From contig NJEA01000003.1 of the NCBI GenBank assembly GCA_002254545.1, forward strand, positions 1 to 38,077: DNA of 38,077 nt. Reading direction: 5' to 3'. Below are positions 7,606 through 16,159 of the stretch, piece after piece. Below the pieces are notes generated by a model. The model was given only the letters and a program-made list of their open reading frames with translations. It did no database searches and was not told the DNA's origin. Position 1 is the first letter of the stretch; every line of letters begins with the position of its first letter. The translations under genes were made by a program, and so were the position numbers. The DNA comes from Candidatus Aenigmarchaeota archaeon ex4484_224 (lineage in GTDB: Archaea; Aenigmatarchaeota; Aenigmatarchaeia; CG10238-14; EX4484-224).

Positions 7606-7612
7606 AGAAAAA

Positions 7613-7807
7613 ATGATATTTCCAGTAAGATGTTTTAGTTGTGGAAAAGTTATTGGACATTTATGGGAAGAATATCAAAAGAGAGTTGAAAATGGAGAAG
7701 ATCCTAAGAAAGTTTTGGATGATTTAGGAGTTACAAGATATTGTTGTAGACAAATCTTTCTAACTCATCAAGATCTTATAAAAGATGTAATTAAGTTTAA
7801 GGTCTAA
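7613..7807 (+). CDS. rpoN: DNA-directed RNA polymerase subunit N (Rpo10)
   Basis: PVRCFSCGK...[12 protein letters not shown]. Confidence 0.98.
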   Translation: MIFPVRCFSCGKVIGHLWEEYQKRVENGEDPKKVLDDLGVTRYCCRQIFLTHQDLIKDVIKFKV

Positions 7808-7809
7808 GT

Positions 7810-8064
7810 ATGTGGCCATTAGATAGATTAACAAGATTTGAAGTAGCAAGACTTATATCTGCTAGAGCTTTACAAATTTCTTTAGGTGCTCCAGTTTTAA
7901 TAAAAACTGATAAAAAAGATCCTACAGAAATTGCAAAAGAAGAATTTAAAGCTTTAATGGTTCCTATGACTGTAAGAAGAACTTTACCAAATGGAGAAAA
8001 AGTTGTAATTGACATTAAAAGAGCGATTAAAAATTGGTTGGAAGATCATTCAGGAAACATTTAA
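7810..8064 (+). CDS. rpoK: DNA-directed RNA polymerase subunit K (Rpo6)
   Basis: [22 protein letters not shown]...IAKEE....P.TVRR.LP. Confidence 0.96.
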   Translation: MWPLDRLTRFEVARLISARALQISLGAPVLIKTDKKDPTEIAKEEFKALMVPMTVRRTLPNGEKVVIDIKRAIKNWLEDHSGNI

Positions 8065-8065
8065 T

Positions 8066-9916
8066 TTACATTCTTTCAACTTTTTCTAAACCCAAAACAT
8101 AAAAACCTTTTTCCAAAATTTTTAAGAAAGAATAAACTAAGTATATCCTAAATTTTTTAATTTCCTCATCTTTTTCATTCAAAACACTACAAAACTCATA
8201 AAATTTATTGAAAATTTTTGAAAGATCGAAAAGATATAAAGCAATTAAATGGGGTTTAAGCTCTTTTGCTGCTCTCATAAAAACAGAAGGAAATTCAACA
8301 ACTTTCTTAATTAACATTCTTTCATGGTCACAAATTTCTTTAATTTCAAACTCTTTTTCAATTTTTTCAGCCTTTTTTAAAATTGAATTTGCTCTTACAT
8401 AAGAATAAAGCAAATAAGCGGCTGTATTTTCTTCTAAGCTTAAAGCTTTTTCTAAATCAAAAACTATCATTTTATCTTTACTAACTTTTACCATTTCATA
8501 TCTTAAGCAAGAAACTGCAATTTTTTCAGCAATTTCTTCAATTTCTTTTTCCTCTAAATTTTCATTTCTTTTTCTAATTTCTTTTTTTGCTTTTTCTTTC
8601 AATTTCTCTAAAACATCATCAACATTGAAGAAAATCCCTTTTCTTCCACTCATATGCACAATTTCTTTTTCGCTTTCAATTCCAAATTGTTTTGCTGATT
8701 CTTTTGATAAAGCAACAACTTCATAATCATAATGGATATAATCAATTTTCTTACCAGAAATTAATTCTAAAGCAGCTTTAACCGAATTTTGTTCATAGCT
8801 TTGTCTTTTATCAATAACATTTATCGAAATATCAACTTTATTGAAAATTGGATGATCTTTTACTCCTTTTTCACTTGTCATCCACAAATTTTTTCCATTT
8901 GGTTGTTTTACAAAAATTTCATAATTAAAATCTTTTTCTATTAAGCCATGCTTCCACATTGCATAAGCGATATCTTTTGCAACATATAGAGTTGTTCCAT
9001 CACTTCTAACTAAAGTTATATCTGGATTTTCTAAATTCTTGAATTCTTCAAGCAATGAAAGTTTAAGTTTTAATCTATTTTGTTCATCATAGTATACTAA
9101 ATTTTTTGATTTTAACATCTCCACAGCAATTTGCCAAAATTTTTGCTTAATTATATCTGATTCTTTGTTTAATACATCGTAAAAAATTTTTAATCTCCAA
9201 AGAGTTTCCAATTGAGATAACAAAATTTTTGTCACAATTTCTTTTGCAAATTCAGCAATTTCATTGTTTCCTTCTTCTATTAACTTAAGAACTTCCTTTC
9301 TTTTTTCTAAAAGAGAAGGATTTTCTTGGTATAATTTATTAACCTTAACATAAACATCATTTCCACAGTATGCATCAAATTTTTTATTTGTTTTTAAAGG
9401 AAATCCCAAATATTCGAATCCAACAATAATATCTGCTACTTGAGCTCCCGTATCATCTATGTAATTAGCAATAACCAAACTATCATTCGTAAATTGAAAG
9501 ATTCTTGCTAAAGAATCTCCTAAACAAGCATTTCTTATATGACCTATATGCAAAGCTTTGTTTGGATTAACGCTTGTATGCTCAATCATTATTTTCTTAT
9601 TTTTAAAAACTTGAGAAATTCCAAAATTTTCTTCAACTATTTTTGGAAGAAATTTTTTTGCAATTTTTATCCAATCAAAAAAAATATTTAGATATCCAGA
9701 AACTACTTCAGTTTTTTTAATCGATTCAATTTCTTCAATTTCTTTAGAAATTTCTTTAGCAATTTTATTTGGATTTTTTTTAAGAAGCTTTGAGAATTGG
9801 AAACAAGGTAAAGCTAAATCTCCAAACTCTTCTTTAGGAATTTCAAACTTAATTAAATCTTTTTTTATTCCAAATTTTTCAACTTTGCTAGCTATTTCTT
9901 TTTTAAGAAATTCCAT
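8066..9916 (-). CDS. argS: Arginyl-tRNA synthetase
   Basis: FGDLALPCF, EHTSVNPNKALHIGHIRNACLGD, RSDGTTLY.AKDIAY, MSGRKG, YLLYSYVRANSIL, C-terminal ERM. Confidence 0.97.
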   Translation of the reverse strand: MEFLKKEIASKVEKFGIKKDLIKFEIPKEEFGDLALPCFQFSKLLKKNPNKIAKEISKEIEEIESIKKTEVVSGYLNIFFDWIKIAKKFLPKIVEENFGISQVFKNKKIMIEHTSVNPNKALHIGHIRNACLGDSLARIFQFTNDSLVIANYIDDTGAQVADIIVGFEYLGFPLKTNKKFDAYCGNDVYVKVNKLYQENPSLLEKRKEVLKLIEEGNNEIAEFAKEIVTKILLSQLETLWRLKIFYDVLNKESDIIKQKFWQIAVEMLKSKNLVYYDEQNRLKLKLSLLEEFKNLENPDITLVRSDGTTLYVAKDIAYAMWKHGLIEKDFNYEIFVKQPNGKNLWMTSEKGVKDHPIFNKVDISINVIDKRQSYEQNSVKAALELISGKKIDYIHYDYEVVALSKESAKQFGIESEKEIVHMSGRKGIFFNVDDVLEKLKEKAKKEIRKRNENLEEKEIEEIAEKIAVSCLRYEMVKVSKDKMIVFDLEKALSLEENTAAYLLYSYVRANSILKKAEKIEKEFEIKEICDHERMLIKKVVEFPSVFMRAAKELKPHLIALYLFDLSKIFNKFYEFCSVLNEKDEEIKKFRIYLVYSFLKILEKGFYVLGLEKVERM

Positions 9917-9977
9917 CAAATAATTTTCAATTTTTCAAACTTATAACTTTAAATTTTATGCCTAAAAACAAATTGTT

Positions 9978-10910
9978 ATGAGAAAGGTTGACGATTTTAA
10001 AATTGAAAGAGGGATATCCTTTTCAGAATTAATTAACCAATATGAAGCTTCTGGTGGTTTTTCAGCAAAAGATTTAGCAAAAGCTGCAAAAATAGTTGAA
10101 GAAATGATTAGAGATAAAGAATCAATAAATTTTATTTCTTTTCCTGCAGATATAATTGCTACCGGAACTAGAGGAATTATAAGAGAAATGGTTAGAAAAA
10201 AATGGTTTGATGTAATAATTACAACTTGTGGAACTTTAGATCATGATCTAGCAAGAAGTTTTAGAGATTATTATCATGGAAGTTTTTTGGCAGATGATTG
10301 GGAACTAAGAAAAAAAGGAATTCATAGGCTTGGAAATATTTTTGTTCCAAAGGAAAGTTATGGAGAAATAATTGAAGAAAAAATGCAAGCTTGGTTAAAA
10401 GAAATTTATGATGAAGAGAAAAAAGAGCTAGCAAGCTATGAATTGATTTGGGAATTGGGAAAAAGAATAAACAATGAAAATTCAATTTTGTTTTGGGCTT
10501 ATAAAAACAAAATTCCAGTAATAGTTCCTGGAATTACAGATGGTGCTGTGGGATATCAAATTTGGTTTTTCTGGCAAAATGAACATAAAGATTTTTCTAT
10601 TAATTTGCTTAAAGATGAGCAATTGCTAAATGACATAATTTGGGAAGCTAAAAAAAGTGGCGCATTAATTTTGGGTGGGGGTATATCTAAACATCATACA
10701 ATTTGGTGGAATCAATTTAAGGAAGGATTGGATTATGTTGTTTATATTTCTACAGCAGTTGAATGGGATGGAAGTTTAAGCGGAGCTAGGCCTAGAGAAG
10801 CAGTAAGTTGGAATAAAGTTAAAGAAGAATCTAAAATGGTTTTTCTAAATTCAGATATAACAATTGCTTTACCTTTAATTTATGCTTATTTGGTTGAGGT
10901 TTTAGAATGA
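9978..10910 (+). CDS. dys: Deoxyhypusine synthase
   Basis: IITTCGTLDHD, RLGNIFVP, PGITDG, GGGISKHH, DGSLSGARPREAVSWNK. Confidence 0.96.
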   Translation: MRKVDDFKIERGISFSELINQYEASGGFSAKDLAKAAKIVEEMIRDKESINFISFPADIIATGTRGIIREMVRKKWFDVIITTCGTLDHDLARSFRDYYHGSFLADDWELRKKGIHRLGNIFVPKESYGEIIEEKMQAWLKEIYDEEKKELASYELIWELGKRINNENSILFWAYKNKIPVIVPGITDGAVGYQIWFFWQNEHKDFSINLLKDEQLLNDIIWEAKKSGALILGGGISKHHTIWWNQFKEGLDYVVYISTAVEWDGSLSGARPREAVSWNKVKEESKMVFLNSDITIALPLIYAYLVEVLE

Positions 10911-12259
10911 GTGAAATGAAGGTTTTTGAAAAAGCAATTAAAGAAAGAAATGTTAAGTTTATTAGAAAAATTTTTGGAAGTTCGATTAAAGATAAAAATT
11001 GGTTAGATGGTTGGATTTACTTCCCTAGAAAAAAAGATTTTGAGAAAAAAATTGAAAAAATTTATGAAGAAATAAAAGATTTTGATAATTTTGTTTTTGT
11101 TGGGTTTGGTGGATCTATAAATGGAATTAAAATTTTTGAAAAAATTTCTAAAAAAATTCAAATAATCGATAGCTTGGATCCAGAAATTTTGAAGAAGTTA
11201 GTTAAGTTAAACAAAGAAAGAACAAAAATAATTGTAATTTCAAAATCTATGAAAACATTTGAAACATTAAGGTTAATTAAAACTTTAGAAAATTTCTTTC
11301 CAAAAGAAAACTTTATCTTTTTAACCTATAAACAAAATGTAAAAAAAGTTGAAAATCTTGGATATCCTTCAAAAAAAGTTTTTGATTATAGATTCGATGA
11401 AAGTCTAGATTTTGCTGGAAGATTTTCATATCCTTTTTCTTTACTATTTTTCTTACCACTACTAATTCATTTATGGAAAAAAGAAAGAGTTTTTAAGATT
11501 TATGAAAATTTTTTGAAATTTATGAATTCAAATTTATTGAAAGTTTTGGAAATTGCAAATCAAATTTCTTTAGCAATTTATCAAAATCCAAAATTTAATT
11601 TGTTGATAAAAAATGAATTTAATGGAATGGAAGAATGGATATATCAGATTTTTTTAGAAAGTTTAGGCTCAAAGAGAAAAAATTATGAGCCAAAAATTTA
11701 TATTAATAAAAAAGTTTTTAAGAAAACAATCGATTTTAGAAAATTTTCATTTTCAAAAAAATTTTGGACTGATTTAATTGTTTTTATTTATTTGATTGAA
11801 TGGATTATAGCTTTAGTTGGATTATATAAGAAAATTAATTTTGTGAATCAAAAAGAAGTTGAAAGATATAAGAAAATAGTTAGAAAAGTTGAAGAAAAAA
11901 GAAAAATTGAAAAATTGAATATCCAAAAATTGAAAAAAAGAATTAAAAACAAAAAATTCTTGGATGTAATTTTTTATGGATATACTTCTTCTAAAAAACT
12001 TTCAAAGTTGGAAAAACAATTTGAGAAAAAGTTAAGAATTCCAACAAAAGTTTTTATTGGAAACAATTGGAATCATTTTGGTTTTCAAGCAGCTTCAAAA
12101 TCAAAAGAAACTTTTTACTTGCTTTTAGTCAAAGAAAAATACAATTTAGAAATTCCTAGATTTAAAAGAGAAGAATTAGCAAAAAATGTTAAATTAATGA
12201 AAAAAATTGCCTTAGCTACAAGAAAAGCTTTGAAAAATTCTTTATTGTTTAAAATTTAA
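10907..12259 (+). CDS. Divergent glucose-6-phosphate isomerase-like (SIS-domain) protein
   Basis: VGFGGS, VISKS.KT.ET, AGRFS, QIFLESLGSK, NQKEVERYKK. Confidence 0.7.
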   Translation: MSEMKVFEKAIKERNVKFIRKIFGSSIKDKNWLDGWIYFPRKKDFEKKIEKIYEEIKDFDNFVFVGFGGSINGIKIFEKISKKIQIIDSLDPEILKKLVKLNKERTKIIVISKSMKTFETLRLIKTLENFFPKENFIFLTYKQNVKKVENLGYPSKKVFDYRFDESLDFAGRFSYPFSLLFFLPLLIHLWKKERVFKIYENFLKFMNSNLLKVLEIANQISLAIYQNPKFNLLIKNEFNGMEEWIYQIFLESLGSKRKNYEPKIYINKKVFKKTIDFRKFSFSKKFWTDLIVFIYLIEWIIALVGLYKKINFVNQKEVERYKKIVRKVEEKRKIEKLNIQKLKKRIKNKKFLDVIFYGYTSSKKLSKLEKQFEKKLRIPTKVFIGNNWNHFGFQAASKSKETFYLLLVKEKYNLEIPRFKREELAKNVKLMKKIALATRKALKNSLLFKI

Positions 12260-13366
12260 TTATTCAATTCCTTCCTTCTTCAAAGCTTTTGCTAAATCTC
12301 TTATCAATCTTCTAACATCTTCTCTTAAAGAATAAACTTCATCTTCTGGAATTTCCAAAATTTTTCCTTGTTTTAGCAAATCCATTAATTTTTCAACTCT
12401 ATTCCAAACAGTCCAATAGTAAGGATCAATTCTTTCTTTATCAATGAATTCTTCTTTGAACTTTGATTTAATTTCATCTTTTGAAGAAACTTCTATTTTT
12501 AAACTTTTCAAAGCTGTAGAAGCAGCTTTATACATTACTTCATAAGTTCTTTTTAGAACTTCTTCCTTTTTTCTTAGCTCTAAAGCTCCTAAAATTGCAA
12601 ACATTTTCTTAACAAACTTTTCAGCTTTTTCTAACCATTCATCAACAAATGCTCCTTTTACATCAGTAAGCTCTTTATGTTCAATTTTCTTCCTAATTTC
12701 AATTATTTCTTTAAGCCATTCAGCATATTCTGGCTCTAAAATTCCAGGATCAACCAAATGTTTTTTAATTTCTTCATAAGCTTTACTAGGAACTGGAGGT
12801 TCTTTTCCCATAAACATTAAAACTGCTTGAGCGGTATTTAGCATTGCATAATAACAATCTTCAGCAAGCATCAAAAGCTTAACAGTCTTTGCTCTCATTA
12901 ATTTTTTAGGAGCACTTTCCATATAATTTTCAACAGCTTCTCTAGTAGTTGGAATTTTTCCCATTTTCAAAAGCTTTTGTAGAGGAGCAAAAAATCCAGT
13001 ATCGTATAAAGCAATTCCTTCTTTTATAAAATTGTAGATTATTGGATGTGCAACTCTTGCATAATCCCAAAATTCTGTCAAAGTATAATTTGGTTGAACA
13101 GAAATTCTTTCATCAATTTTCTTAGCAATTTTTTCTATTTCATCATCAATTTTTTCTCTTTGATCTTGATTTAGCTCAAATTGAGTATCATCTAAAATAA
13201 CAAAAACATCTATATCGCTTTTTGGTTTAATTTCCCCTCTTACTGCACTTCCCATCATAACTACTGACTTTATTAAATCTTTATACTTAGAAACAACTTC
13301 ATTAGCAAATTTTTTCATTTTTTCCATTATTTCTTTTTGATCTTTGGTTAATTTTTCTTCAGCCAT
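12260..13366 (-). CDS. Minimal nucleotidyltransferase (MNT) fused to HEPN, plus a second degenerate HEPN-like repeat
   Basis: GS-X10-DxD (GSAVRGEIKPKSDID); HEPN helix CYYAMLNTAQAVL; Rx4H motif RKKIEH. Confidence 0.8.
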   Translation of the reverse strand: MAEEKLTKDQKEIMEKMKKFANEVVSKYKDLIKSVVMMGSAVRGEIKPKSDIDVFVILDDTQFELNQDQREKIDDEIEKIAKKIDERISVQPNYTLTEFWDYARVAHPIIYNFIKEGIALYDTGFFAPLQKLLKMGKIPTTREAVENYMESAPKKLMRAKTVKLLMLAEDCYYAMLNTAQAVLMFMGKEPPVPSKAYEEIKKHLVDPGILEPEYAEWLKEIIEIRKKIEHKELTDVKGAFVDEWLEKAEKFVKKMFAILGALELRKKEEVLKRTYEVMYKAASTALKSLKIEVSSKDEIKSKFKEEFIDKERIDPYYWTVWNRVEKLMDLLKQGKILEIPEDEVYSLREDVRRLIRDLAKALKKEGIE

Positions 13367-14200
13367 TCAAAAAACCTCTAAAATATCTTTTGGAATTAAT
13401 TCCTTAAATTTATCAACTATTTTATTTGCAATTTCATAAGCTCTTTTTAAATCATCTACACTTGCTTCTTTTATTTTGTGATCAATATCTTTCCAAATTT
13501 TATCGATTTCTTTAAACAAATCTAAATATTCTTTTTCAATTTTTCCTTCTTCAACCATTTTTTCTAAAAATTTAATGCTTCCTTTAGCATCTGTTTGCTC
13601 TTTATAAAAATGCATTATAACTGCTTGTACTATATCTAAAACAGCATATCTTAAATCAAAAATCATTGAAGCGATTTCTCCTTTAATTTTTTTCAACCTA
13701 GTTTCTGCTACTTTTGCTTTTAAGCTAATTGTCTCTTCGCTAGGCGGCAATAATCCTTTTTCCAACATTCTTTGAATAGGCTTAACAAAACCAGTATCGT
13801 AAATTACTAAACCATACCTTAAAAAACTTACTAATTCAGGACTTCCTTTTTTAATCCAATCCCAAAATTCTGTTAAGCCTGTTGTTTGAACATGCAAATC
13901 TCCAATTTCTCTAGCAATTAAATGTAATCTAGCTACAATTTTTTCTAAATCTTCACTTGATTTTGTAGCAGTATCGTCTAAAATTACCCAAACATCTACA
14001 TCGCTAGTTGGTTTTATATCCCCTCTAACAAAAGAACCAAAAATTAAAACAGATTTAACTAAATCACCAAACCTTTTTCTAATTTCAGATGTAAATTTAA
14101 CAACTTTTGAATAAAGTTCTTTTTTTCTATCTTCGGATATAACCTTTTTTTCTTCTTTTTCAGAACTTCCAAGCTCTTTTTCCAAATCCTCTAAGCTCAT
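13367..14200 (-). CDS. MNT-HEPN fusion, paralog of the adjacent gene
   Basis: GS-X10-DxD (GSFVRGDIKPTSDVD); shares LTEFWD, YDTGF..P.Q..L..G..P...E with the neighbour; the HEPN-like region has WKDIDH instead of Rx4H. Confidence 0.8.
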   Translation of the reverse strand: MSLEDLEKELGSSEKEEKKVISEDRKKELYSKVVKFTSEIRKRFGDLVKSVLIFGSFVRGDIKPTSDVDVWVILDDTATKSSEDLEKIVARLHLIAREIGDLHVQTTGLTEFWDWIKKGSPELVSFLRYGLVIYDTGFVKPIQRMLEKGLLPPSEETISLKAKVAETRLKKIKGEIASMIFDLRYAVLDIVQAVIMHFYKEQTDAKGSIKFLEKMVEEGKIEKEYLDLFKEIDKIWKDIDHKIKEASVDDLKRAYEIANKIVDKFKELIPKDILEVF

Positions 14201-14235
14201 GATATCTAAAATTTGGATTTTTTTCCAATAAATTA

Positions 14236-16149
14236 TTATCTAAGTTCTTCTTTCTTCCAAACTTCAGCTTTTCCTTTCTCAACAGCTGCTTTTCCCAAAA
14301 ATGTATGCTTTTCTTCAGGAACAACAAGCATACCTTGCAATGGATCAAAAGCATGCTCTTTAATTATTGCCATTTGTCTTTCAATTGCTCCAATTTCTCT
14401 ACTAGATAATCCAAAAAATTCTGGTGGCAATTTTTCTGGTGGTATATCTTTTTCTAACATCCTTGCAACAGTTTTTAAAACCATTATGCTTTTTTTGAAA
14501 GGATCTTGTCCTCCTCCTCTTTCAAAAATCAAATAAACTTTATGATATTTTCCCAAACCTGCTTGCCTCAAAATCCAAAACAATTTATAATAATTGATAT
14601 CCCCAAATTCTAATGGTAAGTGTGGATGTAAAGGATTTGGATAATTAGAGTGGATAGAAAGAATATATTTCCCAGCATCTGGATGATCTTTTACAAACAT
14701 GTTTAATTCTTCCCAAGGATCAACTCCATGTGTAGCTATATGCTCAAAATCAATTGTCATAAAGATTTTGTTCGCATGGGTATAACCTTTTTCTTCTAAA
14801 TATTTTCTTGCGGCTTTTACTACTGCTAAAATTTGAGAAGGTCTCCATAAATTATATCTTCCAGCATACTCAGGACTTCTTGAATCTGGAACTTCTACTG
14901 TGATCATCACATTTTCAGCATTCTTTTTAAGTTCTTCAATTTCTTTTCTTGCAATTTCTTCATCTTTTTCAACACTTCTAACTTCCTCTTCTATTATTTT
15001 CTGAATACTTTCCTTTTCTTTTCCTTCTAGCCATTTAACCAAATTTTCTAAATGACCTAAAAGCATTTGTCCAGCAACTAAAGCATAGAAAAATTCTTTA
15101 AAAACTTCAGCTTCTGCCTTACCAGCCTCCACATAATTTTCCCAAACATATTCCAAAAAGCTTTGTTCTTTTTTTCCATTTTGCTCATATTCATTCAAAA
15201 GTTTTTTAATTAAAGAATTATATCTTGAGAGTTTGGTAAGTTCTTGCCAAATATAATTTCTTTCTCTATTAAACCAAACATAATGAGCAATTATATTGAA
15301 AGTATCCCAAAGCCTTGCCAATCTTTCTTTCATTCTCCATTTAAAATGTTCATTGCTAGACAAAAATTCTTCTAAAGTTTCTTTTATAGCCTCTTTGTTA
15401 GCATTCTCAATTTTTTTAATCTCCTCTTTATATTCTTGCTCGGTTAACACTCCTCTAGCAACCAATTCAGCCAAGAGAGTTGTTCCTAATTCAGCAGGGT
15501 TAGGAGAATGTCTAATTCTCTCAAGATTTCCTAAATCTATATTCTTTCTTCTTCCTAATTCTTCCAAAATTCTAATAATCTTTGCTCTTTGTTTTTCATC
15601 ATAAATTAAAATTCTTTCTCTTGGCAAAATATATCCAGCCCAATTTTCTTTATACCCATATCTTTCAATAAACCACTTTCTAAGCTTTTCATCTTTATTT
15701 AACAAAAAAGAAATGAATAAACCATCTGGAGAGCAAGGAATTATTTCAAGCTTATGACTAGTATAAGTAATTAATTCCGGCCAAAAGTGCAAACAAGAAT
15801 GAAAAAGAACATATTTAGCTCCTATAAAAATTCCTGATTTTAGAGATAATCTTGCATGATTTTGAGCTTGAGCGTAATCACTAATTTCAGGAATTTCAAA
15901 AGGAATCGTTAAGCTACCATGCAAAAGCAAAGTAATTCCTTGCTTGTTTGCTAAATATCTAATTTCTTTGCTTTCTGTATATTGAATTTCATGAGCAACA
16001 TCCAAAGCAATTTCTGTTGCATTAACTCCTCTTGTCAAAATATATCCAACTTTTCTTAAAGTCGTTGCTAAACTTTCATCTCTAGCTGCGTAATAAATTC
16101 CTGTTGAGCTTGCAACTTGAAATTGCTTTAATTGAAATTCTTCTTCCAT
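14236..16149 (-). CDS. Xylose-isomerase/AP-endonuclease-2-like TIM-barrel metalloprotein with a large helical insertion
   Basis: Ordered strand-end motifs LLLHGS, VLFHS, ITVEVP, MTIDFEH, LSIHSN, HLPL, LIFERGG. About 300 helical residues separate VLFHS from ITVEVP. Confidence 0.65.
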   Translation of the reverse strand: MEEEFQLKQFQVASSTGIYYAARDESLATTLRKVGYILTRGVNATEIALDVAHEIQYTESKEIRYLANKQGITLLLHGSLTIPFEIPEISDYAQAQNHARLSLKSGIFIGAKYVLFHSCLHFWPELITYTSHKLEIIPCSPDGLFISFLLNKDEKLRKWFIERYGYKENWAGYILPRERILIYDEKQRAKIIRILEELGRRKNIDLGNLERIRHSPNPAELGTTLLAELVARGVLTEQEYKEEIKKIENANKEAIKETLEEFLSSNEHFKWRMKERLARLWDTFNIIAHYVWFNRERNYIWQELTKLSRYNSLIKKLLNEYEQNGKKEQSFLEYVWENYVEAGKAEAEVFKEFFYALVAGQMLLGHLENLVKWLEGKEKESIQKIIEEEVRSVEKDEEIARKEIEELKKNAENVMITVEVPDSRSPEYAGRYNLWRPSQILAVVKAARKYLEEKGYTHANKIFMTIDFEHIATHGVDPWEELNMFVKDHPDAGKYILSIHSNYPNPLHPHLPLEFGDINYYKLFWILRQAGLGKYHKVYLIFERGGGQDPFKKSIMVLKTVARMLEKDIPPEKLPPEFFGLSSREIGAIERQMAIIKEHAFDPLQGMLVVPEEKHTFLGKAAVEKGKAEVWKKEELR

Positions 16150-16159
16150 TTTTATCTAC

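Noticed and set aside
5506-10485. ORFs 5506-5949(-), 7797-8015(-), 8208-8402(+), 10261-10485(-)
   Set aside because: Antisense to well-supported housekeeping genes (L18e, rpoK, argS, dys).
12260-14200. Ordinary HEPN-MNT toxin-antitoxin module
   Set aside because: Both genes are fusions, the AMPylation-target Tyr is absent, and they are embedded in a larger operon.
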